From Phycisphaerales bacterium (GTDB taxonomy: Bacteria; Planctomycetota; Phycisphaerae; UBA1845): a DNA stretch of 64,000 bases. A model generated the notes under the pieces. The model was given only the letters and a program-made list of their open reading frames with translations, was not told the DNA's origin and ran no database searches. Shown piece after piece: positions 1-9,845 of the stretch. The stretch lies in NCBI GenBank assembly GCA_020353195.1, contig CP070691.1, positions 3,498,362 through 3,562,361 on the forward strand, written 5' to 3'. Made by a program: the position numbers and the translations under genes. Within the stretch, counting starts at the first letter, position 1, and every line of letters begins with the position of its first letter.

Positions 1-13
1 ACTCGCCTGCAAC

Positions 14-1450
14 TTGCTGCTGATTCTCGGCTTGTCGGTCGCCACGGTCACAGGTCCGGCGGGCTCCGCAACCGCCCAAGTGCCGGTGACCGAGTTGAAT
101 CGCCTGCTGGGAAAGCTCCCCGAGCCTAACGCGATCTGCAGCGCAGCCGTGGTCGATTTGCAGACGGGCCGGCGGGTTTTCGGGCTGAATACGGATCGGC
201 CGATGATCCCCGCCAGCAACGTTAAGCTCTTCGCCCTGGCGGCGGCCGTCGAGGTGCTGGGACCCGACTTTCAGTTCCGAACAGTGTTGGCGACGCGCGG
301 TAGCGATCTCGTGGTGATCGGCGACGGCGACCCGTCGCTGGGCGACCCGGTCAGCAGCAAGGAGGACGGGCGCGAGATCACGGCGGTGATCGATGAATGG
401 GCCGCCGTCCTGAAAGAGAGAGGGCTCTCGAACGTCAAAGGCGACCTGATCATCGACGAATCCATCTTCGACGACCGGTGGGTCCATCCCGAGTGGCCCG
501 CCGAGGATATTCGCCGACGATATGCCGCACCGGTGGGCGCCTTGAACTTCAACGAGAACTGCATCGAGGTCACGGTTTGGCCGGCCCGGCGCGCGGGCCA
601 GCCGGTGCAGTGGAGTGCCCGCCCGCGGACGTCGCTGATCGACGTCAAGAACCGATGCAAGTCCGGAGGCAGAAACCGCCCGACCATCGATCGCCCCAGC
701 CCCACCTTTCAATACGTCCTGGGCGGCAGTTGCACGAAACGCAGCACGCTGCAATCGGTTCCGGTGCCCGATCCCGGCTTGTTCTTCGCCGACGTGCTTC
801 GCCTGCGTCTGGCTGATCAGGGCGTCACGATCGCCGGTCGGGTACGGCGGGAGCGGGTTCGCGACGCAAGCGAGCAGCTGCCCGCGGATTGCGAGATCCT
901 GGCCGTGCACACCACGCCGCTGCTCCGAGTGGCCGCCCGGGCTGGCAAGGACAGCCAGAACCTCTTCGCCGAGTGCCTGCTGAAGCGGGCCGGCTACGAG
1001 TTCGCCAAGACCCGCGGCACTGCCGATCCGATCGGAAGCTGGGAGACCGGACGGGCCTCCGTCCAGGCCCTGATGTCCCGCGCGGGCATCGATCCCGACG
1101 CCGTGGTCATCTCCGACGGGTCGGGGCTGAGTCGAGCGAACCGGGCGTCGGTCTCCGATTTCGTGAAGCTGCTGGCGTACATGCAGCGTCATCGTGGCTG
1201 GGATGTGTTCGGGCGGAGCCTGTCTGTAGCCGGACGGGACGGGCTGCTCCGCAAGCGGATGAATGGCGTTCCGGGGCTGGTCTGTGCCAAGACGGGTTAC
1301 ATGCAAGGTGTCCGCACGCTCAGCGGGTACGTGGAAACGCCTGACGGGCGCCTGTATTGCTTCTCCGTGCTTTTCAACAACATCAAGAAGGCCACCCGCC
1401 CGTTCAGTAAGATCCAGGATCAATTCTGCCGGATTCTCGCCTCCGGATGA
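14..1450 (+). CDS. D-alanyl-D-alanine carboxypeptidase/endopeptidase, PBP4 (peptidase S13) family
   Basis: Has the SxxK motif (PASNVK), the KTG motif (CAKTGYM) and a signal-like N-terminus, and the length fits PBP4. The frame stays open to the window edge, so the true 5' end may lie outside the window. Confidence 0.8.
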   Translation: MLLILGLSVATVTGPAGSATAQVPVTELNRLLGKLPEPNAICSAAVVDLQTGRRVFGLNTDRPMIPASNVKLFALAAAVEVLGPDFQFRTVLATRGSDLVVIGDGDPSLGDPVSSKEDGREITAVIDEWAAVLKERGLSNVKGDLIIDESIFDDRWVHPEWPAEDIRRRYAAPVGALNFNENCIEVTVWPARRAGQPVQWSARPRTSLIDVKNRCKSGGRNRPTIDRPSPTFQYVLGGSCTKRSTLQSVPVPDPGLFFADVLRLRLADQGVTIAGRVRRERVRDASEQLPADCEILAVHTTPLLRVAARAGKDSQNLFAECLLKRAGYEFAKTRGTADPIGSWETGRASVQALMSRAGIDPDAVVISDGSGLSRANRASVSDFVKLLAYMQRHRGWDVFGRSLSVAGRDGLLRKRMNGVPGLVCAKTGYMQGVRTLSGYVETPDGRLYCFSVLFNNIKKATRPFSKIQDQFCRILASG

Positions 1451-1563
1451 GCGGGACTGCAAGACGCCGATCACCCCCACGGTGTGGTGGCGGCAATGCA
1501 GGTTTCGGCATCCGAGGGCGGTATCGGGAGCACTCGGTTGCCTGCCGCTCCGGCGGCTTGCCA

Positions 1564-2181
1564 TCATGGGCGCGACATCTCGGCGAGGATGCTCCGGGCG
1601 CGGACCAGATAGGCTGCTATCGAAACGGCGGTGACCACCACCGTAAGCCAGACGAAAGCGGGCATGATCCACGCGACGCCGGGCGACCCCAGAACGGAAT
1701 CCTGGTGAGCCAAGAAGAAAAGAATCACAGGGACCGTGATGCTCTGGACCATCATCTTCGCCTTGCCGAACACATTGGCTCCGAATGCGTCGCCCTGCGA
1801 TTCGGAGAATCCGCGTAGCCCGGTGACCAGCAGTTCGCGGCCTACGATCAACACGACCATCCATACCCGCACCCCGGACACGTTGCGTCCGCTTTCCAGT
1901 TCAACGAATGCCGGTCCGCAGAAGAAGACGAACGCTCCGCACACCAGGACCTTGTCCACGAAGGGGTCCAGCACCCGCCCGAACGACGTCACCTGATTCT
2001 GTCGGCGGGCCAGATACCCGTCCAACGCGTCCGTCAGTGCGGCCACGATGAACAGCGTCGCGCAGACATCGAGCAGGCGCGGACCGGACTCGCCGTGTGA
2101 GTACTGACCCAACAGAACGAAGAAGATGATGGCCAGGATCAACCTGGCAATCGTGATCTGGTTGGGGAGGTTAATGGCCAT
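1564..2181 (-). CDS. pgsA: CDP-diacylglycerol--glycerol-3-phosphate 3-phosphatidyltransferase (CDP-alcohol phosphatidyltransferase family)
   Basis: Carries the CDP-alcohol motif DALDGYLARRQNQVTSFGRVLDPFVDKV and is a multi-TM protein. The start was moved to the internal ATG (MAINLPNQITIARL, CAT at 2179-2181), typical of PgsA N-termini. Confidence 0.85.
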   Translation of the reverse strand: MAINLPNQITIARLILAIIFFVLLGQYSHGESGPRLLDVCATLFIVAALTDALDGYLARRQNQVTSFGRVLDPFVDKVLVCGAFVFFCGPAFVELESGRNVSGVRVWMVVLIVGRELLVTGLRGFSESQGDAFGANVFGKAKMMVQSITVPVILFFLAHQDSVLGSPGVAWIMPAFVWLTVVVTAVSIAAYLVRARSILAEMSRP

Positions 2182-2276
2182 TGCATGCCTGCAAACGGCT
2201 CCAAGAGAGGTGCGGGACGCGCTTGCCAGCCGGTCCTGCTGGCCGGAAAAGCCGTCCGGCGATCTCACAGCGGGTT

Positions 2277-3635
2277 CTACGCGACAGGCAGCTTACCGTC
2301 CACGGGACGGGCCAGCAAATCGTAACCCCGGCGCCCCGTGCAGCGGACCGTGACAAACTCGCCGGCCCCGGCACGGCAGTCCGTCACAAACGTGACACTG
2401 TCAACCTCCGGCGTCTGCCCGGCATGGCGGGAGGGCTGGAGCCCGTCGACGGGCGGCCCCTCGATCAGCACCTCGAATTCCCGACCCACCCGGGCGTCCG
2501 CGAGCGAAAAGGCGACTTCCTGCTGAACCGTCATCAAGCGGTCAACCCGCTCCTGTTTCACAGGGTCGGGCACATGACCTTTCATTCGCCCGGCCGGCGT
2601 GTCCGGTTCGGGTGAGAACGGGAACACGCCCAGCGCGTCGAAGCGGAAGTCGCGAACGAACCGCTCGAGCTCGTCGAACTCGTCATCAGTCTCGCCGGGG
2701 AACCCCGCGATCAGCGTGGTGCGAATGCACACTCCGGGAATCCGTCGGCGGATCCGTTCCAGCAGGTCTTCGGTCGCCGCCCGATCAACCTTCCGGGCCA
2801 TGGCTTTGAGAATGCGATCGTTGATGTGCTGCAGAGGCAGGTCGACGTACTTGACGACTTTCGTACAGTCGGCGACGGCGTCGATCACGGCGTCGGTGAG
2901 GCCCGACGGATAGGCATAGAGCAGTCGAAACCACCGGACCTTGTCAACGCGGTTTAACTCACGGAGCAGACCCGCCAACCCCGGACCGTAGTCGAGGTCC
3001 GCGCCATACGCGGTGGTGTCCTGCCCGATGAGGTTGATCTCCACGGCCCCGTCGCTGACCAGCTCGCGGGCTTCGGCGAGCACGACGGACGGCGGCTTGC
3101 AGTGCATGGCCCCGCGGATCGACGGGATCGTGCAGAACGTGCATGTGCGGTCACACCCCTCGCTGATCCGCAGGTACGCATAGTGCGCAGGTGTGATCCG
3201 CAAGCGGGCGGTATCCACATTGACGAACGGGTGATAGTCGCCGAGGTACGTGTCGACGCCCCCCGGGCCGCCGGCAGGTCCGGCGAGGACGGCGCGCGCG
3301 ACGTCGTCGCGGTTGTGCACGCCGACCAGAGCGTCGATCCCCCGCACCTGTTCCAGCAGCGCGGTCCCGTCCCGCTGGACGAGGCAGCCTGCCACCACGA
3401 CGCGCCGACACCGACCCTTGCGCTTGAGCTTGACGACCTCCCGGATCGCGTCGACGGCTTCGTCGCGCGCCGCCGCCAGAAAGCCACACGTATTCACGAC
3501 GATCGCGTCCGCGTCGCCGGCGTCATCCGTGATCAGGCAACCGGCTTCGGCCAACTGGCCGAGCATCTTCTCCGAGTCCACCACGTTCTTGACGCAGCCC
3601 AGCGAGACCAGCGCCACATGTGTCCGGCGGCTCAT
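2277..3635 (-). CDS. rimO: Ribosomal protein S12 methylthiotransferase RimO (radical SAM, MiaB family)
   Basis: N-terminal UPF0004 region (VALVSLGCVKNVVDSE), radical-SAM CxxxCxxC (CDRTCTFC) and a C-terminal TRAM-like region. The start is ambiguous between 3635 and 3668. Confidence 0.9.
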   Translation of the reverse strand: MSRRTHVALVSLGCVKNVVDSEKMLGQLAEAGCLITDDAGDADAIVVNTCGFLAAARDEAVDAIREVVKLKRKGRCRRVVVAGCLVQRDGTALLEQVRGIDALVGVHNRDDVARAVLAGPAGGPGGVDTYLGDYHPFVNVDTARLRITPAHYAYLRISEGCDRTCTFCTIPSIRGAMHCKPPSVVLAEARELVSDGAVEINLIGQDTTAYGADLDYGPGLAGLLRELNRVDKVRWFRLLYAYPSGLTDAVIDAVADCTKVVKYVDLPLQHINDRILKAMARKVDRAATEDLLERIRRRIPGVCIRTTLIAGFPGETDDEFDELERFVRDFRFDALGVFPFSPEPDTPAGRMKGHVPDPVKQERVDRLMTVQQEVAFSLADARVGREFEVLIEGPPVDGLQPSRHAGQTPEVDSVTFVTDCRAGAGEFVTVRCTGRRGYDLLARPVDGKLPVA

Positions 3636-3746
3636 GATTCGTAATGCCTCGGCCGTCGGGAGCGGCACTTCAGCCGGTCCGTTGAGGGCCCGCGAAACTC
3701 GCCCCGCAGTTTCGGCACGAAGGCCCTTGGCCCCGATTCTCCGGGC

Positions 3747-3775
3747 TTGCCCAGCCCCGGCGCGTGCGCTAAAAT
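3747..3775 (+). promoter_or_regulatory. Candidate sigma70-type promoter for groES (TTGCCC-N17-TAAAAT)
   Basis: Hexamers read directly from the sequence, with the -10 about 60 nt upstream of the groES ATG. There is no experimental support and sigma70 consensus is assumed to apply. Confidence 0.35.
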
Positions 3776-3836
3776 AGGGACGGACAGGCTATTGTAAACC
3801 GTTTGCCGGCACCGGGCCAGGCGTTTACGGGGATCT

Positions 3837-4163
3837 TTGATGGCAGGCAAGGCGGATACCAGCCGATCGAGGTTAGAAACGGTCGAGCCCTTGGGCAAGC
3901 GGGTCCTGATCCGCAAGGACGAGGACAAGAAGAAGACCAAGGGCGGGATCGAACTGCCCGACTCCATCGAGATTCCCACCATTACCGGGCGCGTGGTGGC
4001 GGTGTCGGCCCAGGTGGAGAACGACAGCGACTTCCCCATTCGCCAGTACGACAGGATCCTGTTCAATCCCAAGCACGCCATTCCCGTCGATTTCGAGGCC
4101 GACAACCAGCTCTTCGTCGTCCCCATCGAAGACGTGGTGGCCGTGTTCCGCAAATCCCGTTGA
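3837..4163 (+). CDS. groES: Co-chaperonin GroES (Cpn10), orphan copy
   Basis: LEPLGKRVLIRK...KTKGGIELPDS (mobile loop)...ITGRVVAVS...YDRILF aligns with canonical GroES over its full length. No groEL follows it. Confidence 0.85.
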   Translation: MMAGKADTSRSRLETVEPLGKRVLIRKDEDKKKTKGGIELPDSIEIPTITGRVVAVSAQVENDSDFPIRQYDRILFNPKHAIPVDFEADNQLFVVPIEDVVAVFRKSR

Positions 4164-4716
4164 ACGCTGCCGTTTCGAAGCTGCGCCACAGCCGCACGAG
4201 GGGCTCGCGCTGCAGGCCGCCAACTGTCATCGTTTCGCTGCACGGCGGACAGGCAACCCGTGCCAGTAAGACTTCACAACCCGCCCCACAGCGTGGATTT
4301 CCTTTAGAAGCCTCTTCAGGTAGCCGCGTGCTTCTGGTATACTGGTATTCTGTGGATGTTCCCCGGTCCGCAGGTGGGCGATGGAGGCTGGCGTGACGGA
4401 GGGGCAGCCTTTCTGTTGGGTGCTGGGATGGGTCCAGCCAACTCGAGTCCATACCCGTAACGGCGCCGGTCCTTTCTACGTTTGGTTGCGCCGTTTGGGA
4501 GTGCCGGTCATGGAGCTTCGCAGACTTCCGGTCTCCGCGATCGTACGTCTTTGTGGTATGCGGTCCGCCGGCGCGCGGCCCCGGATGGCGAGGAACTTGT
4601 CCGGCCGGGTCAGGGCCAGGAGCGAGCACAGACTGTGCACAGGTCAGTGAAACAGGAAAACAGCGGAGATGTCTCCGTTCTTCGCGTGTCTCGGGAATGC
4701 AGAAAGGAGTGAACAG

Positions 4717-7700
4717 ATGCTACAAGCCCAACGAGACAATGCAGAGTCTTCGGCAATGTTTGCGCTAACGGCTGCACTGGTGGTGCTGCTCGTGGCGCCT
4801 GTACTGTATGCCCTGTATCCCTCAACGGCGGCATTCCCGGCGGCTCTGGAGGACCCTGTGGTTGATGGCGCCTTCACGACGCCGATGGAATACGCAGCCG
4901 CGAACCGGGTTCTGGACGACCTCGGCGTGGGGCATTTCTACCGCCAGCATCGGGAGAACTGGACGGTCAACGGAATCACATACACGGATACGGTAACGTT
5001 CTTCGATCTCCACTTCTTCTTTCACTCGGCCTACGGCCAGCTCGACCTCTACGACATGAACAGTTGGGATTTGCAGTGGGGGGACACGCGGATTCAAGTC
5101 TGGGTGTTCCTGGCCGGCGACCATCCCGATCCGGACGACTGGACTTGGCTGGATCCTTCCGAGATCGGATCGGGCACCTACCCCGCCGGTTACAACGACG
5201 ACGGGGGCTTCCTGGTACGGCTGAACGGCGACCCCTCGACGGACCGCATCTGGAACGTAGGCGACCCCCAGCCGGGTGATCCGAGCTGGGACTTCGCGGA
5301 CTACTACGGCGTGTTCATCCAGGGCGGATTCAACAACTCCGCGTTCACACAGGGGTACAGCGGCGTCACCGGCAACCGGGAGATCTACGAGTTCTCGCTC
5401 ACGATGAACCAGATACCCGGCACCGGGCCGACCGGAGACGACGGCGGCATTCCTGGCGTTCCCCAGTTCAGCGGCCCGGATGAGGACAACCCGATCCCAC
5501 CGGGTATCTGCGATCCGATCTGGGAAGCCGTATGGGACTGGGAGAAGGTCAAGGACTGGAAACCGGAGATGGGGGGCTTCGGCACGTTCGGCGGCACCGG
5601 CTATATTCCGGTGATCGTCGACTGGGTCATCATGGGCTGGGATGACTCGATGCACCAGGGCGAAGTGCCGCCCGACGAGGACTCGTTCGCCACACCGGGT
5701 GACGGCGGGACCTTCGTCATCTTCGGGCCCACTCCAGCCCTGCCTCCGCTTCCTGCCGACTTCTTCGGCCCCGGATCCGACCCGTTTGAGGGGCACGTCA
5801 CGTTCGAAGGCGATCCGTTCGATCCCGACTCCCTGGGCGACACGTCCACGCAGGTGCAGCGCGCGGGCCATCCGGTCTTCCCGCCGGACCCGCCGGGAGC
5901 CATGGGGACCGTCGAGATCGAGATCGTTGAGCTATCGCTCGTCTCGGTCGCGCCGATCATCGTGACGTACTTCGGCGGGGGTGCCCCGGAGCAGTGGGAC
6001 GTAGCCGTATCGCTTTCGGAGGTGCCCGGCCCTGTGGGCGGGAGCCTGACGGCGCTCAAGACCCATCCCAACGGTGGGACGTACGACGCCCATTACTACG
6101 TTCAGTTGGCGTTCACGTTCACGAGAGTCTCTGACGGAACCGAGCGAAACCTGGATACCGGCGCGGTCGGACTCCCACCACACTACTTCGAGATCGTGGG
6201 TGCACCGTTCGTGCATTCGCTCGCCCCGTTCCTCAATTGGATCATCGCGCCCTCGGACGGGATCTTCGTACCCGGCGTGGACGAGCCTGTGCCGGGCGAT
6301 CCGTTGTCTCAGACACCGGTTGCGACGGTAGCGTGGGACCCGGCGGTAGCGGCTTCCCACATACTGGTCCCGGCCGAGCGGCCGCTGCTGACGATTAACG
6401 AGCTGGAGTACGACCAGCCTGGCTTCGACGACCGCGAGTTCATCGAGTTGTTCAACCCGGGAACCACGCCGATGAGCATGGACGGCTGGTCGCTCGAGTT
6501 TTTCAACGGAGCCGACGCGGGCAACCTCTATCGGACCGTGGATCTCTCCGTGACCCCTCCCCTTGGCGCGCGTGACTATCTCGTTGTCGGCACCCCTCTT
6601 GTCCCCAACGTGGACATCCCGGAGTGGACGGACAACGGGATCCAGAACGGCGGCACGTCGCCCGACGGTATCGCTCTGCTGTGGAACGGGGTCGTGGTGG
6701 AGGCCTTGTCCTACGAGGGAAGCGGCACCAACGGTTTCGTAGCCCAGGGCGGCAATGCGGGTGGGACTTTCCTCCCGCTGCTGTACCTCGAGGACGCGAC
6801 GTCGAACTCCCTGCAGAAGATCCCTGACGGCGGGACCTGGACCGAGACCCCGAACCAGACGCCGGGCGAAGCGAACTTCCTCGGGTTGGCCCCCGTCGGG
6901 GCCTGCTGCCTGGAGGACGGAACCTGTGCGGCAGACGTCGCCGAATACGCGTGCGTCGACATGAACGGTGTGTGGCGGGGTGAAGGGTCCATGTGCCTGG
7001 ACCTCGATGCGTTTGTCGCCTGTCTGGCCGGCCCGGTGGACCCGATCCCGACCGGTTGTATCGCCTGGGATCAGGACGACAGCGGCCACATCGACCTTGG
7101 TGACTTCGCGCTGATACAACAGCACATCTGTATCGAGGCGCCCGATCCTACCGGAGCCTGCTGCACGCCCTACGACGTCTGCGACGAGCTCACGCTGAGT
7201 GAGTGCAACTCGAACGGCGGCGGGTTCCGCGGCGAGGGGACGGTCTGCAGCCCGAACCCGTGCGAGTGTGTGAGCATCGACGCGCTCCCGGACATCCCGC
7301 CCTATCCTGACGACTATCCGATTCCGGGAGTCTGCGTCACCGGCGCCATCGTCAACAACGACTACGACCTGGTCAACTCCCCCGACGTGAAGAACTTCCA
7401 CATCCAGGATCCCGTTGGCGTTGCCGGCTTGACCGTGTTCGGGGACAACGCCGAGATCAATTCGCTGCTGGCCATCGGCTCGGCCGGTGACGAGATCAAA
7501 ATCTGGGGCACCCTGGAGCTCTACTTCGATACACCGGAGCTCGTGGGGCCGTTTGAGATGACGTACCTGAGTTCGCCCGGCGTGCCGTCGCCGCTGCCGC
7601 TGTTCATTGCGGATCTGATGGCCGGCTACCCGACGAACAAGGGGTACCTCAGTACGCTGATCATCCTGCAGAACGTCGAGTTCGACCCGATTGTCTGGGG

Positions 7701-7908
7701 CACGCCCTTCGCGTACGGCAACTACACCGTTCACGACGTGGCGAACCCCGCCGACACGTTGACGTGCCGCATCGCCAACAGCGAGCCGGGGGTGCTGCCG
7801 ATCATTGGCACGCCGGTCCCCGCCGGTCCCGTCAACATCATCGGTATCTGCGCGATGTACTCCCACAGCTACCAGGTGCAGCCTCGTGTGCCCGGGGATA
7901 TCCTGTAA
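4717..7908 (+). CDS. Large secreted protein with lamin-tail domain (LTD), Cys-rich GACC modules, a dockerin/EF-hand-like motif and an OB-like C-terminal region
   Basis: Strong SD (AAAGGAG) 7 nt before the ATG at 4717, and a signal-like N-terminus (FALTAALVVLLVAPVLYA). LTD signature LTINELEYDQPGFDDREFIELFNPG...GWSLEF. Two GACCxxxxxC...RGEG..C modules and a DQDDSGHIDLGDFALIQ motif. Confidence 0.8.
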   Translation: MLQAQRDNAESSAMFALTAALVVLLVAPVLYALYPSTAAFPAALEDPVVDGAFTTPMEYAAANRVLDDLGVGHFYRQHRENWTVNGITYTDTVTFFDLHFFFHSAYGQLDLYDMNSWDLQWGDTRIQVWVFLAGDHPDPDDWTWLDPSEIGSGTYPAGYNDDGGFLVRLNGDPSTDRIWNVGDPQPGDPSWDFADYYGVFIQGGFNNSAFTQGYSGVTGNREIYEFSLTMNQIPGTGPTGDDGGIPGVPQFSGPDEDNPIPPGICDPIWEAVWDWEKVKDWKPEMGGFGTFGGTGYIPVIVDWVIMGWDDSMHQGEVPPDEDSFATPGDGGTFVIFGPTPALPPLPADFFGPGSDPFEGHVTFEGDPFDPDSLGDTSTQVQRAGHPVFPPDPPGAMGTVEIEIVELSLVSVAPIIVTYFGGGAPEQWDVAVSLSEVPGPVGGSLTALKTHPNGGTYDAHYYVQLAFTFTRVSDGTERNLDTGAVGLPPHYFEIVGAPFVHSLAPFLNWIIAPSDGIFVPGVDEPVPGDPLSQTPVATVAWDPAVAASHILVPAERPLLTINELEYDQPGFDDREFIELFNPGTTPMSMDGWSLEFFNGADAGNLYRTVDLSVTPPLGARDYLVVGTPLVPNVDIPEWTDNGIQNGGTSPDGIALLWNGVVVEALSYEGSGTNGFVAQGGNAGGTFLPLLYLEDATSNSLQKIPDGGTWTETPNQTPGEANFLGLAPVGACCLEDGTCAADVAEYACVDMNGVWRGEGSMCLDLDAFVACLAGPVDPIPTGCIAWDQDDSGHIDLGDFALIQQHICIEAPDPTGACCTPYDVCDELTLSECNSNGGGFRGEGTVCSPNPCECVSIDALPDIPPYPDDYPIPGVCVTGAIVNNDYDLVNSPDVKNFHIQDPVGVAGLTVFGDNAEINSLLAIGSAGDEIKIWGTLELYFDTPELVGPFEMTYLSSPGVPSPLPLFIADLMAGYPTNKGYLSTLIILQNVEFDPIVWGTPFAYGNYTVHDVANPADTLTCRIANSEPGVLPIIGTPVPAGPVNIIGICAMYSHSYQVQPRVPGDIL

Positions 7909-7950
7909 CTTGGGAGCAGCTACGGTAAGCATTGTGTCTTGACCGAATCG

Positions 7951-7987
7951 GCCCGCCCGCGGAGACCACCGCGGGCGGGCTTTGTTT
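7951..7987 (+). terminator. Rho-independent terminator (12-bp GC stem, 6-nt loop, TTTGTTT tail)
   Basis: GCCCGCCCGCGG-AGACCA-CCGCGGGCGGGC is a perfect inverted repeat followed by TTTGTTT, 43 nt after the stop of the LTD gene. Confidence 0.65.
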
Positions 7988-8077
7988 CCGTCAGCGCGCT
8001 GTCGGTCGAAATTCACGGGCCGATGGGTCGATGACCAAGCCAGCGTTGCATCCCACGCGACCAACGGGATCGTTCGG

Positions 8078-9145
8078 TCAGACAATGAGCATTGCGTCAC
8101 CGTAGCTGTAGAACCGGTATCCCTCGTGTATGGCGTGTTGGTAGGCGCGTCGCGTCGCCTCGACGCCGGCAAACGCCATCACCAGCGCCAGCAACGTGCT
8201 TCGCGGCAGATGAAAATTCGTGAGCAGCACGTCGGTGGCTTTGAACCGGAAAGGGGGGTAGCAGAAGAGGTCGGTCCAGCCATTGCCCGCGCGCAGGTCG
8301 CCGTTGTCCTCGGCGCAGCTTTCGAGCAATCGGACCGAGCTGGTGCCGACGGCGACGATGCGGCCGCCGCCGCGCCGTCGCTCGTTCAGCGTGACGGCGA
8401 CTTCGTGCGGCAGGACGTACCATTCCGCGTGCATCCGGTGATCGTCGAGCCGTTTGGCCTTGATCGGGGTGAACGTGCCGGGCCCAACGTGAAGCGTGGT
8501 CTGCACGATCGCGATGTCGGCTGACTCGATCGTCTTCAGCATCGCTTCGGTGAAGTGCAGGCCCGCGGTGGGGGCGGCCACCGCGCCGGCCCGCCGGGCA
8601 TAGACGGTCTGGTATCGCCGGCGATCGACAGGTTCACGCTCATCGCTGGGCGACCCCCGGCGAATGTAGGGCGGCAGCGGGGTGAGCCCGACACGCTCCA
8701 GAAGAGACTCGGCGGGCTCGACGGGCTGCACGCAGACCCGCCATCGGCCGCCACCCAACCGTTCGGTCAGCTCGAACATCGCCGGCGGTTCGCCCGCCGC
8801 GGACGGGCCGAGCGCGAGCGTTTCGCCCGCGCGCAGTCGGCCCCGCCCCCGGAGCATCACCTCCCACTGCCCGACGGTCGTTTCCTGCAGAAACAGCCCG
8901 TCGATGCGTCCACCGGAGCGGCGCCAGGCGACGATCTTCGCCGGAACGACTCTCGTGTCGTTGAGCACCAGCGTATCGCCCGCATGCAGCAGCGATGGCA
9001 GGTCCGAGAACCGCCGATCGGACAATCGATCCCTGGCTCGCTCGATCACCAGCAGCCGAGAGCTGCCGCGCTGCTGCGTGGGGTGCTGAGCGATCAGATG
9101 CCCGGGAAGGTCGTACTCGAGATCGGTAACACCAAACGTGCACAT
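8078..9145 (-). CDS. queA: S-adenosylmethionine:tRNA ribosyltransferase-isomerase QueA
   Basis: VTDLEYDLPGHLIAQHP at the N-terminus, plus LPPYI, TTLHVGPGTF, VGTSSVRLLES and a C-terminal FRFYSYGDAMLI. The start was set at the internal ATG (MCTFGVTDLEY) by comparison with E. coli QueA (MRVTDFSFELP). Confidence 0.9.
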   Translation of the reverse strand: MCTFGVTDLEYDLPGHLIAQHPTQQRGSSRLLVIERARDRLSDRRFSDLPSLLHAGDTLVLNDTRVVPAKIVAWRRSGGRIDGLFLQETTVGQWEVMLRGRGRLRAGETLALGPSAAGEPPAMFELTERLGGGRWRVCVQPVEPAESLLERVGLTPLPPYIRRGSPSDEREPVDRRRYQTVYARRAGAVAAPTAGLHFTEAMLKTIESADIAIVQTTLHVGPGTFTPIKAKRLDDHRMHAEWYVLPHEVAVTLNERRRGGGRIVAVGTSSVRLLESCAEDNGDLRAGNGWTDLFCYPPFRFKATDVLLTNFHLPRSTLLALVMAFAGVEATRRAYQHAIHEGYRFYSYGDAMLIV

Positions 9146-9491
9146 GATGGCGCTATGATCGCATGGAGCGCGTCGGGTGAAAAGGACGCAACCTCGACGG
9201 GCCGTGTTGAGATCAGCCAACGTGCCAACATCACCGGACCGGGCTCTCCAGTGCCCGATATTCGGACCATTGCGCGTTACCGGTTGTTGGGGGGCGGGTT
9301 AGGCGGAATGTCAGACGTCTTGGCCAGTGGCGGGGATTCCGGCACCGGCCTTGCAGTAAGATGCGCATGCAGCCAACCGACGCGCCCCATTGGGGTCGTC
9401 CACGTGCTGGCGCGAGCGTCTGCGGGCGCGTGAAGCGCGACGATGGCGCGTTCGGGGTAACGTCGAGCCCGTGTCCAACGGGGGGAAGGGA

Positions 9492-9845
9492 ATGCGCATC
9501 CTGCCGATCGGACTGCAAACCAGCCGGCTCCTGCTGGCCCAGTGGAGTCTGCTGTACACGCCCCGCGTTCTTCAGTGGGGCATCGCCCAGTCGCTGCTGG
9601 TCGCCCGGCTGCGCCATCGCGCCGGTTACCTGTTCGGCCCCGTCTTATCGCCCGGGCCTTGCCGGTTGCCGACGGTCCTTCCATACGCCGTGCTCCCGCC
9701 GGCGGATGTGGACGAGATCGAGCCGCTCGACCTGGTGTGGCCGTCGGAGCGCGACGTCGACGACGCCGAGGTGATCATCGTGGTGGAGTCGCCGACGCCG
9801 GTGCTGGTTCCTCTTCCGGGGTCGATCATTGACCTGCTGAGTTGA
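9492..9845 (+). CDS. Hypothetical protein (117 aa, acidic C-terminal half)
   Basis: ATG preceded by GGGGGAAGGGA, with consistently GC-rich third codon positions. No recognisable domain. It is the only plausible ORF in the roughly 840-bp queA/acyltransferase gap. Confidence 0.4.
   Translation: MRILPIGLQTSRLLLAQWSLLYTPRVLQWGIAQSLLVARLRHRAGYLFGPVLSPGPCRLPTVLPYAVLPPADVDEIEPLDLVWPSERDVDDAEVIIVVESPTPVLVPLPGSIIDLLS

Noticed and set aside
3669-3836. CIRCE heat-shock operator upstream of groES.
   Set aside because: No TTAGCACTC-N9-GAGTGCTAA-like inverted repeat is present in the region.
5932-8172. 746-aa ORF on the minus strand overlapping the LTD gene. Similar long antisense ORFs occur at 4822-5871, 15616-17718, 19770-21320, 30231-31931, 38242-39987, 41755-42924, 45593-47377, 50682-52124, 53995-55503 and 59371-61560.
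   Set aside because: Each lies opposite or out of frame to an ORF with clear domain signatures. Their translations are Arg/Pro/Gly/His-rich with no motifs. Long spurious ORFs are expected in high-GC DNA because stop codons are rare.
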